A DNA stretch of 64,000 bases from Camelus ferus (GCF_009834535.1 NC_045696.1:80788001-80852000); one strand, 5' to 3'. Numbered from the stretch's first letter, positions 51,888 to 64,000 are shown. Numbers and translations are program-made. Notes: a model not told the origin generated them from the letters alone.

Positions 51888-52218
51888 TGTGCTGTCCAGT
51901 TAGAGATGGACCCTACTGAACGTGGCTACTGAACACTGGAAACTTGGTCAGTTCAAACGGAAATGTGCTGAAAGTGTAAAATTCACACTGCATTTCTAGG
52001 ACTGAGTACAGAGGAAATGTAAAGTATCTCTAATAATTTTTATATAGATCACGTGTTGAAATTACACAGTATTTTGGATAAATTAGGTTAAATAAAGTGT
52101 CATTTAAATGATTTTCGCTTGTTTCTTTTTACATTTTGATGTGGCTACTAGGAAATTTACAGTGACCTATGTGGGTTACATTTTTGACTCATGCCGCCGT
52201 TCTGCTGGGCAACGCTGT
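51888..52218. mobile_element. MER33-type hAT-Charlie element
   Basis: 'tgtgctgtccag...gtggctactgaacactggaaa...tgtgctgaaagtgtaaaattcacac...atgtggctactaggaaattta...gggcaacgctg'. Confidence 0.8.
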
Positions 52219-54354
52219 TAGGTGGGTGAGGCGTGCACATGAATTGCTGGGACCTAGGCTCTCTTCCAGCCTCATGATGGGCATTTAAATTAGTGTAAAC
52301 TTTTTGAAGAATAACTTGGCAATATCCCACAGTAATAAAGTCTGCATCTTCACTCTCGTTACCCCAGCTAGAATGCTGGGCTTACAGTAGGCACACCTTC
52401 CGCTCTGTTTAACTTTCCTGTATGTCTCTATAAAATGTAACTTTGCATTTTCACTAGCTGTTTACTGGGTAGGTATTATGCCAGGCACTATGTGAGGCAT
52501 TCTGAGTCCACTCTAAAGGTAAATCATGGAGAGTTTCAGATTAGAATGACCCTCTCTCAGGGGGCAGGTATAGGTATCCAATAGCTGTGGTACCAGATAC
52601 AACTTGATAGACACAACTTGATGTCATCTGCAGAGCTTTGGCGGTTCCACAGGAGGGTGGTCACTATTTGGCTTAGAGTTTGTGTTTGGGCTGGAGCCTG
52701 AAGGATAATTGGTTGTGGGTGCTCAGAGATTGGGCAGGTGGAAGGGATGACCAGGTAGAGGGAACAGCAAGAGCAAAGGCTCAGAGGTGAGGCAGGAGGG
52801 GTCCTGTAGGAAGAAGGGGGTTCACCTGCCTGGGACATGATGTGTGTGCAGGGGAGTGAGGGGGGAATGGACTTTAATAGTAGAAAGTCATGCTGGGGAA
52901 TCTGAACTTTTTCCTGTAGTACTTAAATGCCAGTGAGAGTGTGGTGCCTTAAAATGATTTCTTAAATACCGAGTTATCAGTCTTTTTAAAATTCTGCATA
53001 CCTGGAAGAGTGCTAGCATCTTTTTTTTTTAATAATGAGATGACTTCATGATTAAGTGTTTTAAAAATGAATTCTCTTGAAATTATTACAGTGAATCTAG
53101 TTTGTTCAGATCCTCCTAATACGGTATTTCTTTTGTTCCAAGTAGCAACATGTTCTTTTCAGAAGTGGGGAATATAAGTCATAAAGGGATGTGCTGAGGG
53201 ACAAGAGAATACATTTTTCTCTTGTAGCCAGCTTGTTGAGATGAAAAATCACACCAACTCTTTATGTTTTATATTTCCCATTCCACGAAAATAAAAAAAA
53301 TCTTCAATAAAAACTATTTATAAGGACGTGAGGGCCAGTAGTGCCCCTGAGTCTTGGAAAGATCAAATTGGTACACAGATTGTCCAAACATGGAGGATCA
53401 CAGAGGCCAGGAGTACCAGAAATGCCAGGGACTGTTACAGCTAGGAGAGTGGACTTAGGAGTCCGACCTCTAGCCTCAAATCCCAGCTCTATCATCTGCG
53501 AGCTTCTCTGCTCACTTCTCATATCCCCAGAGCTGTTGATTTTACCTCTAGTCCTCTGACTCTGCCACTTTTGCTTTCCATCAGTGACCCGTGTGTTCTA
53601 ACTTTCCCCCTCTACTCACTTTATACCCCATGGTCCATGTGTCCCTCTCGCCTTCTTTCTTACTCTCCTGCAAAACTCAGCCCTGATTAAGATCAGGGTT
53701 GTCCATGAAAAACTCCACACTCCCCACCGACCTCCCCCGCAAAATCTGATGATGTTAAGTTGATGACTCCACCTGCTGTACTGACTGACACTCAGCACTC
53801 TCTGGCAACCCTGCCATGTTCCCTGATAAATTCATTCTCTCACCTTCCCAGGTGATTGTTTCATACCTTTTTCCTCTTGGCTCAAGCCTCCAGCATCCAC
53901 TCCTGTCTCTCTCTCAACTAATGATCTTGTTGCTTATTTCACTAGGAAACTAGAAGCAGTTGGAAGAGAAGCATCTCATCTCCCCACCACCAAACCTCCT
54001 GCATAATTCTGTCCCCCAGCCCCCGCCCTTTGCTGTGGATGAGCTGTGTGTGTCCTGGCTGAGGCCCACCTAGCTCCCAACCCACTCCTCTGCTCTTGCC
54101 GACTCAGAGCTTTGCTTCTGCAGTATCCTCCCACGAGCTTCATCAAAGATCCTCTTTTCACTCGATCATTCTTGTTATTCAAACATTCTATAATATCTCC
54201 CTTCTTTAAAACAAACAAAAAACCCCTCCTTAATCCTTTGCCTCCTACCAGCTTTGCCGCATGTCTCTGTTCCTCTCTGAAGCAAAACTCTTTGAATAAG
54301 TTGTCTGTTCTCTCTGTCTCCAATAACTTACCTCACACTTTCCACCCTACCTGC

Positions 54355-56328
54355 CTAACGTGTTATTATGAACATTTTCGAACATACAGAAAAGTTGAAA
54401 GAGTTTCAAAGTGAACACCCATATAACCACCACCTAGACTCTACAATTAATGTTTTGTTTTATTTGCTTTAACGCATATCTTGTCATCTATTCATCCTGT
54501 GATCCTTTCATCAATCCAGCTTACGTTTTGGATACATTTTAAACTAAGTTGTGGGATCAGTACACACTCCCTTAGAGCCTTCAGTGTACGTGTTATTAGA
54601 GCTCAGTATTTGTTCTTAGTTCTCTCTTCTGAGGTAAAATGTACATACATGGAAACGCACAAATCTTAAGTGAGTCATTCGGGGTTCTGACAAAGGTGTA
54701 CACCCCCTCTGCAATCCAGACCCTCATCAAGGTATGAAACATGACCGTCGCCACAGAAAGTTCCCTCATGTTCCTTCCCAGTCAGTTCTTGGCCCACCCT
54801 CCCATCTCCTGCCAGAGGCAACCTCTGTTTTGATTTTCCCCACCATGTATGACTTGAATCATACAGTGTGTACTTTCTTGTGTCTGTTCTTTTCACTCAG
54901 CATAATGTTTTTGAGATTCATCCATAACATGTGTATTAGTAGTTCACACTTTTCTGTTACTAAGTACTATTCCATTGTTTGACTATGCAACAGTTTGTTT
55001 AGTCTGTTTCCTGTTGATGGATACCTGGGCTGTTTTCAGTTTGAGGCTATTATGAAGGAACTTGCCTCAAACACAAAAGCCTTTCTGTGGATATATGTTT
55101 TCTTTTCTTTTGGATAAATACTTAGGAATAAAATTGTTGGGTCATGGGGTAGGTGTATATTTAGTTTTATAAGAAACTGCTAGAGATTAAAAAAAATATG
55201 GTTGTATTGTTTTATACGTTGACCAACAGTATATGAGAGTTGTGAATGCTTTATGTCCTTGGCAGCCTTTGGTTTTATAAGCCTTTTTAATGCTTTTCCA
55301 TTCTGGTGGGTATGCGGTGATACCTCACTGTGCTCTTTGTTTGAATTTCTCTGATGACTATTAATAGTAAACACTTTTCATGTGCTTATTGATCATTAGT
55401 TTATCTTCTTCTGTGAACTGTCTCGTCAAACTTTTTACCTTCTTTTTATTGAATTATAAGCTTTCATGATGTAGCCTAGATATCAGTTCTTTGTCAGATG
55501 TATGATTTGCATATATTTTTTCCCAGGATGTGATTTATCTATTCATTTTCTTAATTGTGTCTTTGATGAGCAGAAATGTTTAACTTTAAGTCTAATTTGT
55601 TTCCTTTTAAGTTTATTGCTTTCTGTGTCATATCTAAAAGCTTTATAGTTTTGGCTTTTACATTTAGGTCTGTGATCCACTTCAAATTAATTTTTGTGTG
55701 TGGTGTAAAGTTGGGATTGAGACTTATTTATTTTTGTCATAACTGTAAATGGAAAGTAACCTTTAAAATTGTATGAAATTTTAAAAAATTGTATAAAAAT
55801 TAAAAGATTAATAAATTAGAAAATTGTTTAGATCTCTGAAAAAAAAGACTTACTTATTTTGCCATATAGATTCTTAGTTGTCTTAGCTTCATTGTTATAA
55901 AGCTTTGTCCTCCTCTATTGGATTTCTTTGTCAACTTGTGAAAATTCAGATGATCATGGAAGTGTGCATCTGTTTCTAAGCTCTCTATTATGTCTCATTG
56001 ATCTCTTTGTTGATCCCATGCCAGTATCAGACTGTTTTGCTTAGGCAGACTTACTACTCAAAGTCTTAAACTCAGGTGGTATAAGTCCTCCAGCTTTGGC
56101 TTATTTTTTATAATTGCTTTGGCTATTCTAGGTCCTTTGCATTTCTATAATACTATTTTAGAATTAGCTTGTCAGTTTCTACAGAAAGCCCAGTGAGATG
56201 ATTGTGGTTGGGCTTATTGAACTTATAGATCAGTCTGTGGGGAACCGGCATCTTAATATTTAGTCCCTCAATCCATGAACATGGTATAGCTACTTATCAG
56301 GTCTTTAGTTTCTCTCAGCAATGTCTTG
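54355..56328 (-). mobile_element. Old L1 (L1MD/ME-like) 3' portion
   Basis: T-rich reverse L1: 'tttcactcagcataatgtttttgagattcatcc...tattccattgt...gttgatggatacctgggctgttttcagttt...tttggctattctaggtcctttgcatttc'. Confidence 0.85.
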
Positions 56329-57153
56329 TCGTCCCATTCTCATTTGAACTCTTTCCTCCATGGTGCTGTGTCCAATGGTCAGTTCAGTTTACCTCTTTCT
56401 CCATCTTTCAGCTGCCTTTGACATGACTGATCACTGTATCCTTGAAGCATTTTGTTCACCTGGTGTCTCTCTCCCCACGCTCTCCTGATTTTTCTCCCAT
56501 CTCACTGGCAGCTCTTTTTTGGCCTCCTCTGTTGGATCCTTCTCTTTTTCCTGACATTTAGATGTTGGAGGGCCCTGAGCCTCAGTCCTCAGACTTCTGT
56601 CATTTATTTGTTCTCAGTCAGTTTCGTGGTGTGAGTATGTTATTTAAAGCCAACCACAATGTTTAAAGCCATCTGACTCCCAATTTTATATCTCAGTCCT
56701 GAATCTTAGACTTATATATCCAACCCCCAGACTTAAATATTCAGCTTCCTACTGATCTTCATTTGGGTATCCAAAGGGTATCTCAAACTTAACCCACCCA
56801 AAATGGAACTCTTAATTTGCCTCTAAAATGTGTTGCTGCTTCTCACTCCCTACCACCCACCACGTTCCCCAGCTCAATAGTTGGACTTTTCTCCTTACTG
56901 CTCATATACCAGTTTTGGAGTCTTCCTTGACACTTCTCTTTCTGTTACACCCTGCGTCACTACCCATATCAGAAAACCCTCTTGGCTCTGTCTTCACAGT
57001 ATAGCTTAAATCTTCTGCTTCTTAGTCATCCTTTTAGTCCAAGCCATCTTCATCTCCCACCTGGTTTACTGCAACATTCTCCTAAGTTATCTTCTTTCTA
57101 TGTCTATTCTTTAGCTACACAGCTTGAGTCACCTTTTTAAATACTGCAGTGTT

Positions 57154-57208
57154 ATACAGTATACCAGAAATTGACACATTGTAACTGACTATACTTCAAT
57201 TAAAAAAA
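57154..57208 (+). mobile_element. Extremely 5'-truncated L1 (about 55 bp including poly-A) with a 15-bp TSD
   Basis: 'taccagaaattgacacattgtaactgactatacttcaattaaaaaaaa' is the L1 terminus (compare the reverse complement near 46315-46350). TSD AAATAC(TG/CA)CAGTGTT at 57139-57153 and 57209-57223. Confidence 0.85.
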
Positions 57209-58988
57209 AAATACCACAGTGTTTCACTCCCTTCATTGAAACCTTCTAGCACTTTTCCATCATATTTAGGGGAAAAAAAAAAACAAACCTGTGCAATGGT
57301 TACAAAGCCTTACATGATCAGACCTCTCTGTTTGCTCTCTGACTTCATCCTCTTCTGTTGCTCTTTCTTTCACAATATTCTGAGTACATCGAACTTTTTG
57401 TTATTCTTAAACTTTCCAAGCTTCCTTTGGCCTCAGGGCTTTTGCAAATTCTGTTTCTTCTGCCAGAACCTCTCCCCAGATAATTACATGGGTTGTTACC
57501 TTACTTCATTCAGATCTCTGCCTAAGTGTCCTTTCCCCAGAGAGACCTTTTTTGACTGCCCTATCTAAGAAGAATGTCCTCCCACCCCATGACTCTCCAG
57601 CCCTTTACTCTGCTTTGGTTTTCTTCCTAGCACTTAGCAATATCTGGTTTGATATTTGTTTGTTTTATTTGTTGATAATCTGTTTCCCTTAGTAGAATAC
57701 ATAAAAGCCCCCTGAGGATGGGGACTTTCTGCCTTGAATCATTAATACTGTTAGCAATGACTGTCACATAGTAGGTGCTCAACAACTATATGTTGACTTA
57801 ATGACTGTGGGCAAGTTAACCTTGCTGGCCTGATTTTCTTCATCTGAGAAATGGGGAAAATAATGGTATCTACCTCAAGGGCAGATGTGAATGTCAAATA
57901 AGATACTGGGTGTAATAAGACACTGTGGCTAGTGTCTGTTGGCTGTTGTCATTGTAATTACTATTCAATAATATAAATGATTTAAATCCCTTACAATCAA
58001 TCAACAAATAGATATGAATGCTATGTAAGGTGGAATTTGCCTATAAATGCTGTTTACAGTGGTCAATTTCAGAAGTATATCGTGTGATCCACAGTTACTG
58101 ATAACTTAGTTGGAGAAAATAGATACAGATACTGTGCAAGGTTAAATGCCACAGAATATTTAAATACTCAATCCAGACAATAGTACAAATGTCATCAGGC
58201 TTAATTAGTTGTCTAATGCATTTGCTGCTGCCGATTGTTCTAGGTGTGAGAAATAAAAGCAGTGTTTTTAAACCATGGTAGTCTGAGAAGGCTTGTGGAG
58301 GATGGGGGTTTGGGCTGCCCCTTGAAATGCTGGGAAGGGCATCGAAGGTGGGGCAGTGGCATAAACCCAAAGGGGAGGAAGAACTAGGGGGTTGAAAAAC
58401 AGAATAAATCAGTTTGGCTGGAGGGAGAGGTCTTGGGAGGAAGCAGTTTGAGAGCAACACAAAGAAAACAGAGTAGGAATGGAAGGAAGTGGCTTCAGGC
58501 TACAGGAACTGTCAGGGTGACAAGAAGCCCTTCCTTGCTTGGATTGGGCAAGTGAGGAAGGAAGTGCTTCTGGGTGGTTAGGAAAGGAGGTAACACATCA
58601 CAGGCTTGCTGCTGCCAGCTTCAGTCCCTTCTCCCCCGTAGTGCAGGCGGCCGGGGCGTTACCCTGTGATACACGCAGAGTGGATGGACGTGCCAAGTCC
58701 ATGTGGCCAGGCGTACGCGGACAGGCAGCTGCAGGAGGGCACTGCTCTTCAGTTCCTGGGGCCCAGAAACCAATGTTGAACTCTCTTTTTTATCCACAAG
58801 AATTCTCACGCTAGTTTTTAGGTGACTGTTACTAGAAAGCAAATGACAAATTTCACTATGGCTCCTTATTTTAAGAAAAAAGAAAAAAAAGTACAGAAAC
58901 TTAGAAGTTGAAGGCCAACCAATAAACATACTAATTTACATTTTAACATGCATATTAGGAAATATTCATCTTGTTTTTCAAAAGAACA

Positions 58989-59487
58989 TGTAGGAGAGCA
59001 GAACATGCCACCCCACAATATGCTATTTTGGCATATTGATTATTTTGAATTAAAGTTACTTAAAAAACGGTCAGTGTAAGTAGGACACCTGACCCTCCTT
59101 TGTCCCTCTGAAAGCAGGAAATAAATCTCCCAAGTGAAAGGGACCCTCCCTGTACCAGGAGGGAAGAAGGTATCCTTACTGCCAGAGAGAGGGAATTCAG
59201 GGCCGAGAAGACTGAATAAACAAAACTTGTTACTTGTTCACTAATTTGCGGTTACCCCAAGCCCCATACCCCTATGTTTTGTCAGTTCTTGACAAATTTA
59301 TTGTTCTTTGTCTAAAAGATAAAAGCTGCCTGCTTTAGTTACTTCTTTGAATCTCATATTTTTATGGGCTCTCATATGTACAAAATTAAATTTGTTTTTC
59401 TTCGGTTACTCTGTCTTATGTCAATTTAATTATTAAACCAACCAAAGAACCTGGAAGGGAAGAAGAAGAATGTTTTCCTCCCTTACA
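58989..59487 (+). mobile_element. ERV1 solo LTR (MER34-like), full length
   Basis: TG...CA termini ('tgtaggagagcagaacatgccaccccacaatatg' to 'ttttcctcccttaca'), ATTAAA poly-A-like signal, and 4-bp flanks AACA/AGCA. Confidence 0.8.
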
Positions 59488-60631
59488 AGCATATTATGTC
59501 AGTCACGTAAAGCCACATTTTCATTATCATGTAAAAGGAAACACACATTATATGAGAAGGGACCAATGTAATCTGTGAACTGATCGAATTATTTAAAAAT
59601 AAAGCCAGTTTATCTAGCCAACCATGAGATAAAATTTATTATAATGAAATAATTTTGTGGCAATCTAAAAGGGTATCTGTGTGTGCCCCTTAAGTGTTTT
59701 GTATCAGCAAGTTAAAAAATGGTGTTACCTTTTAGAGGGTTAGAATAGATTTCAGAGTATTTTGTAGTAATTAAGAATATGACCCTATAAAAGTAAGAGA
59801 AGCAAAATAAAATAAAATAAGATAAAATGTAAATATGAGCCATGCAGATGTTGCAGAATTGGGAATAGATGTGAAGACAGTAAGGCAGGTTGTCGTTAAC
59901 ACAGCCCTGGCAACACGTGTCACAGATTAAATAATGAACGCCAGTTGGTGGGCACAGCCCGGAGAGAACAGGGAGCACATTGTTTCAGCCTGTCTATCTA
60001 ATTTCAAACTAATTGCTTAAGTATAGGCTTCTGTTCTGGTTATAGCTGGAGGAAAATAAAACAGTTGAAATATTGTAAGTCTTGTAATTCACCCGGATCA
60101 CCAATCAGAACATAAATAAAAGAGCTTTGAGCAAACCATCCAAACAGAGCAGCTAGCCTTGCCTGCAAACAGGAGCCTGAAGAGAAGCAGGCTCTGCCCT
60201 CGCCCTTCCATCCTCTCCAGTTGGGTTCTAGCTAGTATGGCATAAGGGACCGCTCCCTTCTGTGCTCAGGACTCCGGCTCTGTAGGGTGGGGCGGCAGGT
60301 GCCAAGCTCCCGGGACTGGCCCGGGGAGTGGTGGCTTCTAGGGCAGCGGCTTGGCTTAGGTTTTGGGCAGGTTGTCGTTGCCCGCCTTTTCCTACTCTGG
60401 GGCTTTGTGATGAGCTGAGGAGCTGATACCTGTGAAGGCACTTTGTTGACACAAATGAAGGGATTAGTACTTTTATTATTTTAGGGTGTGTTGGTGGAGG
60501 CAAGAACACAAATCAGAAGTCCTGGGTTTGAATCCTGATCATCCCACACCAGGCTTCCCTTTTTCTGCATTCCTTTTTTGTCTTCCTGTGTCGGCACCCA
60601 CCCCCCCCTTAAATCATTTGTTCTTTGCTTT

Positions 60632-60652
60632 TGTGTGTGTGTGTGTGTGTGT
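60632..60652. repeat. (TG)n microsatellite
   Basis: Seen directly in the sequence. Confidence 0.9.
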
Positions 60653-60654
60653 CT

Positions 60655-62065
60655 GCATGGACTAATGAAACTCTTTTCAGAATAATGTTTAATACACTGA
60701 TATAAATGTAAAATTAGAAGTTCTAGGTATTTTTGCAGCAAACATCTTTGCGGTAAGGCAGTTTCACTGCACAACTAATTGGCTGTAAGGCAATTTTGCT
60801 GTAAAAGATAAAATAACTGGTTGACAGTTTGGTTTCAACTATGTTATATCAACTTGATAGAAAATACAATGATAAGAAAACTTATTGAAGTGTGAAAAAG
60901 AGAATGTAAAGCCAGACTGCATACTATGCTAAAAGATGATAACATAGTCTGCAAATTCTTCAGTGAGCGTAGTCCATCCCTCTCACCCATCAGACCCCAA
61001 AGTTTACCAAGCTATGGCAAATATGAAAGAGGCAGCTAGTAATACACAACAGTCTTTGAGAGCATTAGTGATCAATTCTTTAGCTAATGTAGATATAGCA
61101 GCGTGTTCTGCAGGGCCATCTTTACCAAATGTATCACTCAATATTCAAACAGAATCAAGCTCCTCCTGTCTCCCCAAGGAGAGGTGGTTACATGGTTCTT
61201 GCTAAGTTTTATGAAAATGGTGAAAATTTTTTGCTATTTGATAGTGGAGAACTTGGTATAGACAGAATTTTGGTTTTTGGCACAGAATCTGGCTTGGAAG
61301 ATGTGGTGAAATATAAGGACTGGTCCTGTCATTAAACATTTAAATGCAGCCCAGATATGTACTACTAGTCACGTCCCTTGTCTGTTCCTTTTACTCCCAG
61401 GGAAATTTGAAGGAGCTTACAGCAGATTTTTTTTTTAATATCATGAAGAACTTACATCCAATATTAGATCCTGAATCCTTAATAATTGACTTTGAGAAAG
61501 GAAGTATCATTGCTTTCACTAAGAAAATATTAAAAATTTTTGTTACTAATTTTTCTTGTTTCATTATGTCCTTTTTAATGTCTCTATTATTTTATTTTCG
61601 TTATTTCATCTTTAATGGCAGAATTGCCTTACAGCCAGTTAGTTGTGCGTTGAAATTGCTTGCAGCAGAGATTCTTACAACAAAAATACATGAAAATTAG
61701 AATGGGTAGGATTGCGAAGGAAACCAGTCAAGCTGATACACAGTTATCAACATACCAAAAAAGTAATATTATAGTATCCATCCTTTCTTGATGCGCTACA
61801 TACCAAGAGCTAGTGGCAGGCGTAATAATTGCTATAATTTTGAAGTAGTAATGAGTGGAGACAATACTTTGAGATAGTTGCAATACTGTCATGTGATATG
61901 AAGGTATCTTTGATTTCTACTTGTGTCAAGAGAGGTATAGGTAATTGCCTATATTTGCAACAGAAAGAAATGCTAAATTTCAGTTAAAGATTAGTAAAAC
62001 TTAAAACAAAACTTTTCCCTACCCATGTCCTGAATTCTCTCTGAGTTGCTCAGATACCCCTTGCT
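60655..62065. mobile_element. Charlie4-like hAT element split by the MULE insertion (pieces at about 60655-60719 and 61703-62065)
   Basis: 'ttttcagaataatgttt' joins to 'taggattgcgaaggaaacc...acagttatcaa...ataattttgaagtagtaatgag...aatgctaaatttcagttaaagattagtaaaa', as in the recalled Charlie4a consensus. Confidence 0.65.
60720..61693 (+). mobile_element. Mutator-like (MULE/MuDR, FLYWCH-type) DNA transposon, internally deleted, with a transposase pseudogene
   Basis: TIRs of about 90 bp (60725-60817 versus 61600-61690), TSD (A)AAATTAGAA on both sides, and broken peptides TY[W]KCEK/CKARLHT, GENFLLFDSG..DRILVFGT, WSCH*TFKCSP, VPCLFLLLPGK and LDPESLIIDFEKG. Confidence 0.88.
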
Positions 62066-62939
62066 TTAAAACTTCCTCCTTTCCTCTTATGCTCTGTGCC
62101 CTGCTGCTGCCCACCAGCTGCAGTCATCCTTTAAGTGCGATGACACCTAGATGTGTACCTGCTGTCCATGCGGGGGACCGGAGCACCAGACCTATATCTC
62201 CTGCAGCCTGCTGTGCGTCCACCCTGGATGGCCCACAGGACCTTGCACTCAGCCTCCATCCCACACCCCCCTCCTCCCTCCAGCCTGCTCTTCCACGTGT
62301 GTTCACAGCTCTGTGGATACCACCCTCTGCAAGGCTCAGACCCCAAACCTAACTTGAGCAAGTGAGCAAGTAAGCACTGTTGCCTCCAGGATTACTGCCC
62401 CAGCCTCCTTGATAAAGTTTGTGAAAATGTGGACTTGTATCTTTTAGACTGGTCTGCCTTCCCCTTTACCTGGAATGTCTTCTACATTTCTTGCTTCTCT
62501 TTCTAATATGCACATCTGGCCACTTTCTGGTTTAAAATCTCTTGGTGATGCCTCTTTACCTCCATGATGTGTCATCTGAGGACTCCTGCCTCCCTCAGGG
62601 AGTTTTCTTCTGCTGGTCCCCCCAGCGTCACCAAGCTCCTTGTGGTCCCTCCAGTGACCCGCTCCCTGCTTCTCCCTTTGCCTTGGCAGGCTAAGTGAGT
62701 GCCCTCTGCCTGGGGAATCCCTTTCCTGCTGTACGGCCTGCAGGTCTCAGCTCTGTGACCACTTTGCTGGATAGCCTTTCCCTGCCTGCATCATCATGAG
62801 GACTGTCCACAGAGCCCATCTCGTCCAGCATCTCCCACTCTCTTGCATTTGACTAGGGTCTGGCAGGGATTCACAAGAGGTGTGCATGCAGGAGGGCAGA
62901 ATTATCAAAGTATGTGGTTAGGAGCACTGATTTTAGGGC

Positions 62940-63382
62940 TGTGGACTGAAAAAAAAGGTACAACCTAAAAGCAGAGAATTTTGTTTTATTTGGTGGACTT
63001 GCTGAGACCATAAGCCCAGGGAGGCAGCCTCTCAAATAGATCTGAGAGACTGCTGCAAAGAGGTGAGGGAGGAGCCAGGATATATAGGAGTTTTTGCAAC
63101 TAAAACCAGGGAGTCGGAATATCAAAAGATTACTGTTAATTAAAGAAAAACCAGACATCTCAAGTTAATGAATTTAGCACTTTTCTATGTATGGGAAGTT
63201 AAAAGAGTGAGGGCACTGAAATCATTCATTTGATATGCACCTTAACTACCTAGGGCCAGGATCCTGTCTTCCTCCATCCTGAATCCCCCAAGAGTGCACT
63301 GCCAGGGGTGGCTGCAGTGTCTGGAGGCTTGATGGCTGTAACATCCTTTGTTTAATGATACAGGGGTGACATTCTTCTCCCA
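62940..63382 (-). mobile_element. ERV1 solo LTR (MER41-like, artiodactyl type) inserted in a MIR
   Basis: 'tgtggactgaaaaaaaaggtacaacctaaaagcagagaattttgttttatttggtggacttgctgagac...cagcctctcaaatagatctgagagactgc'. MIR sequence lies before (62908-62939) and after (63383-63580). Confidence 0.7.
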
Positions 63383-64000
63383 ATTAGGTTCTAATTCCAG
63401 CTCCATCACTAGCTGTTTGATCTTGGCAAGGTATTTACCCATTAGATGCCTCAGTTTTCTCATCTACAAAACTGGTATAATAATGGTGTGTGATTTGAAT
63501 GAGTTAATACTTGTAAAGCACTTTAGAACCATACCTACCTTATAGTGAGAGCTTAAATATTAGCGATTATTATTAGTTTTCATTTCAGTAATGTGGCTTA
63601 GTCCCATTTAAAAGTGACATCCTGCTATACTTTGATTTTTGCTGGAGTTTCATTAAAGACTGTAGTGTAATTTGAAATCCAGTCTTTAACTGTTCTTCAT
63701 CCCTATTGAAGTTGATCTGATATAGACATTGATTTTAGCAGAAATAATGCATATGAGACAAAAGGAAATCTTTTTTGAAAGATAGATAGGAAAGATCCTG
63801 GGGATACAGCCTTTTAACAGAATGATGGAGACGCTGTCCCACCTGCAGTTAGGTAGTTGAGTTGGGAATTTACCCATGGTTTTTCCATTTCAGGGATTAT
63901 GTTGACCTCCCAGGAATTTTTCTTATAGCCCTTTGGGTAAAGGGGAGATCAGTGTTATTTATCAGAGGATTTCTCTGGGAATGCAAATCATACATGCTTG

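Larger units (their letters stand above)
53570..57800 (+). mobile_element. Long L2 remnant interrupted by an old L1 and a micro-L1
   Basis: L2 body at 53570-54340 and 56330-57800, ending 'cacatagtaggtgctcaacaactatatgttga'. Confidence 0.7.

Noticed and set aside
60963..61700. Possibility of a domesticated, functional transposase gene
   Set aside because: Multiple frameshifts, an in-frame stop, loss of the first catalytic Asp and deletion of the C-terminus, while TIRs and TSD are retained. This is a fossil element.

Overview
This is mammalian genomic DNA, most likely camelid (alpaca, llama or camel), judged from vic-1-type tRNA-derived SINEs and the L1 3' ends. The only protein-coding sequence I can support is the first coding exon of TMEM212 (minus strand, 825-983). 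About 21.6 kb away, a CpG island (about 22.45-23.4 kb) has the features of a divergently oriented promoter with a non-coding first exon; from the recalled human gene order (TMEM212 head-to-head with PLD1) this is probably PLD1, and the rest of the window would be its long intron 1. Everything else is intergenic or intronic and rich in repeats (L1, L2, MIR, MaLR/ERV LTRs, hAT and Tigger DNA transposons), often nested. The most notable finding is an internally deleted Mutator-like (MULE) DNA transposon at 60720-61693. It has about 90-bp terminal inverted repeats, a 9-10 bp target-site duplication, and readable FLYWCH zinc-finger and DDE transposase remnants, and it is inserted inside a Charlie-type hAT element. 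Also notable are a 35-bp tandem duplication that doubles the putative PLD1 exon-1 splice donor and MIR-embedded CRE and CCAAT boxes upstream of that promoter. Repeat family names come from recalled consensus sequences, not from a database search. I see no evidence of a novel multi-gene system.
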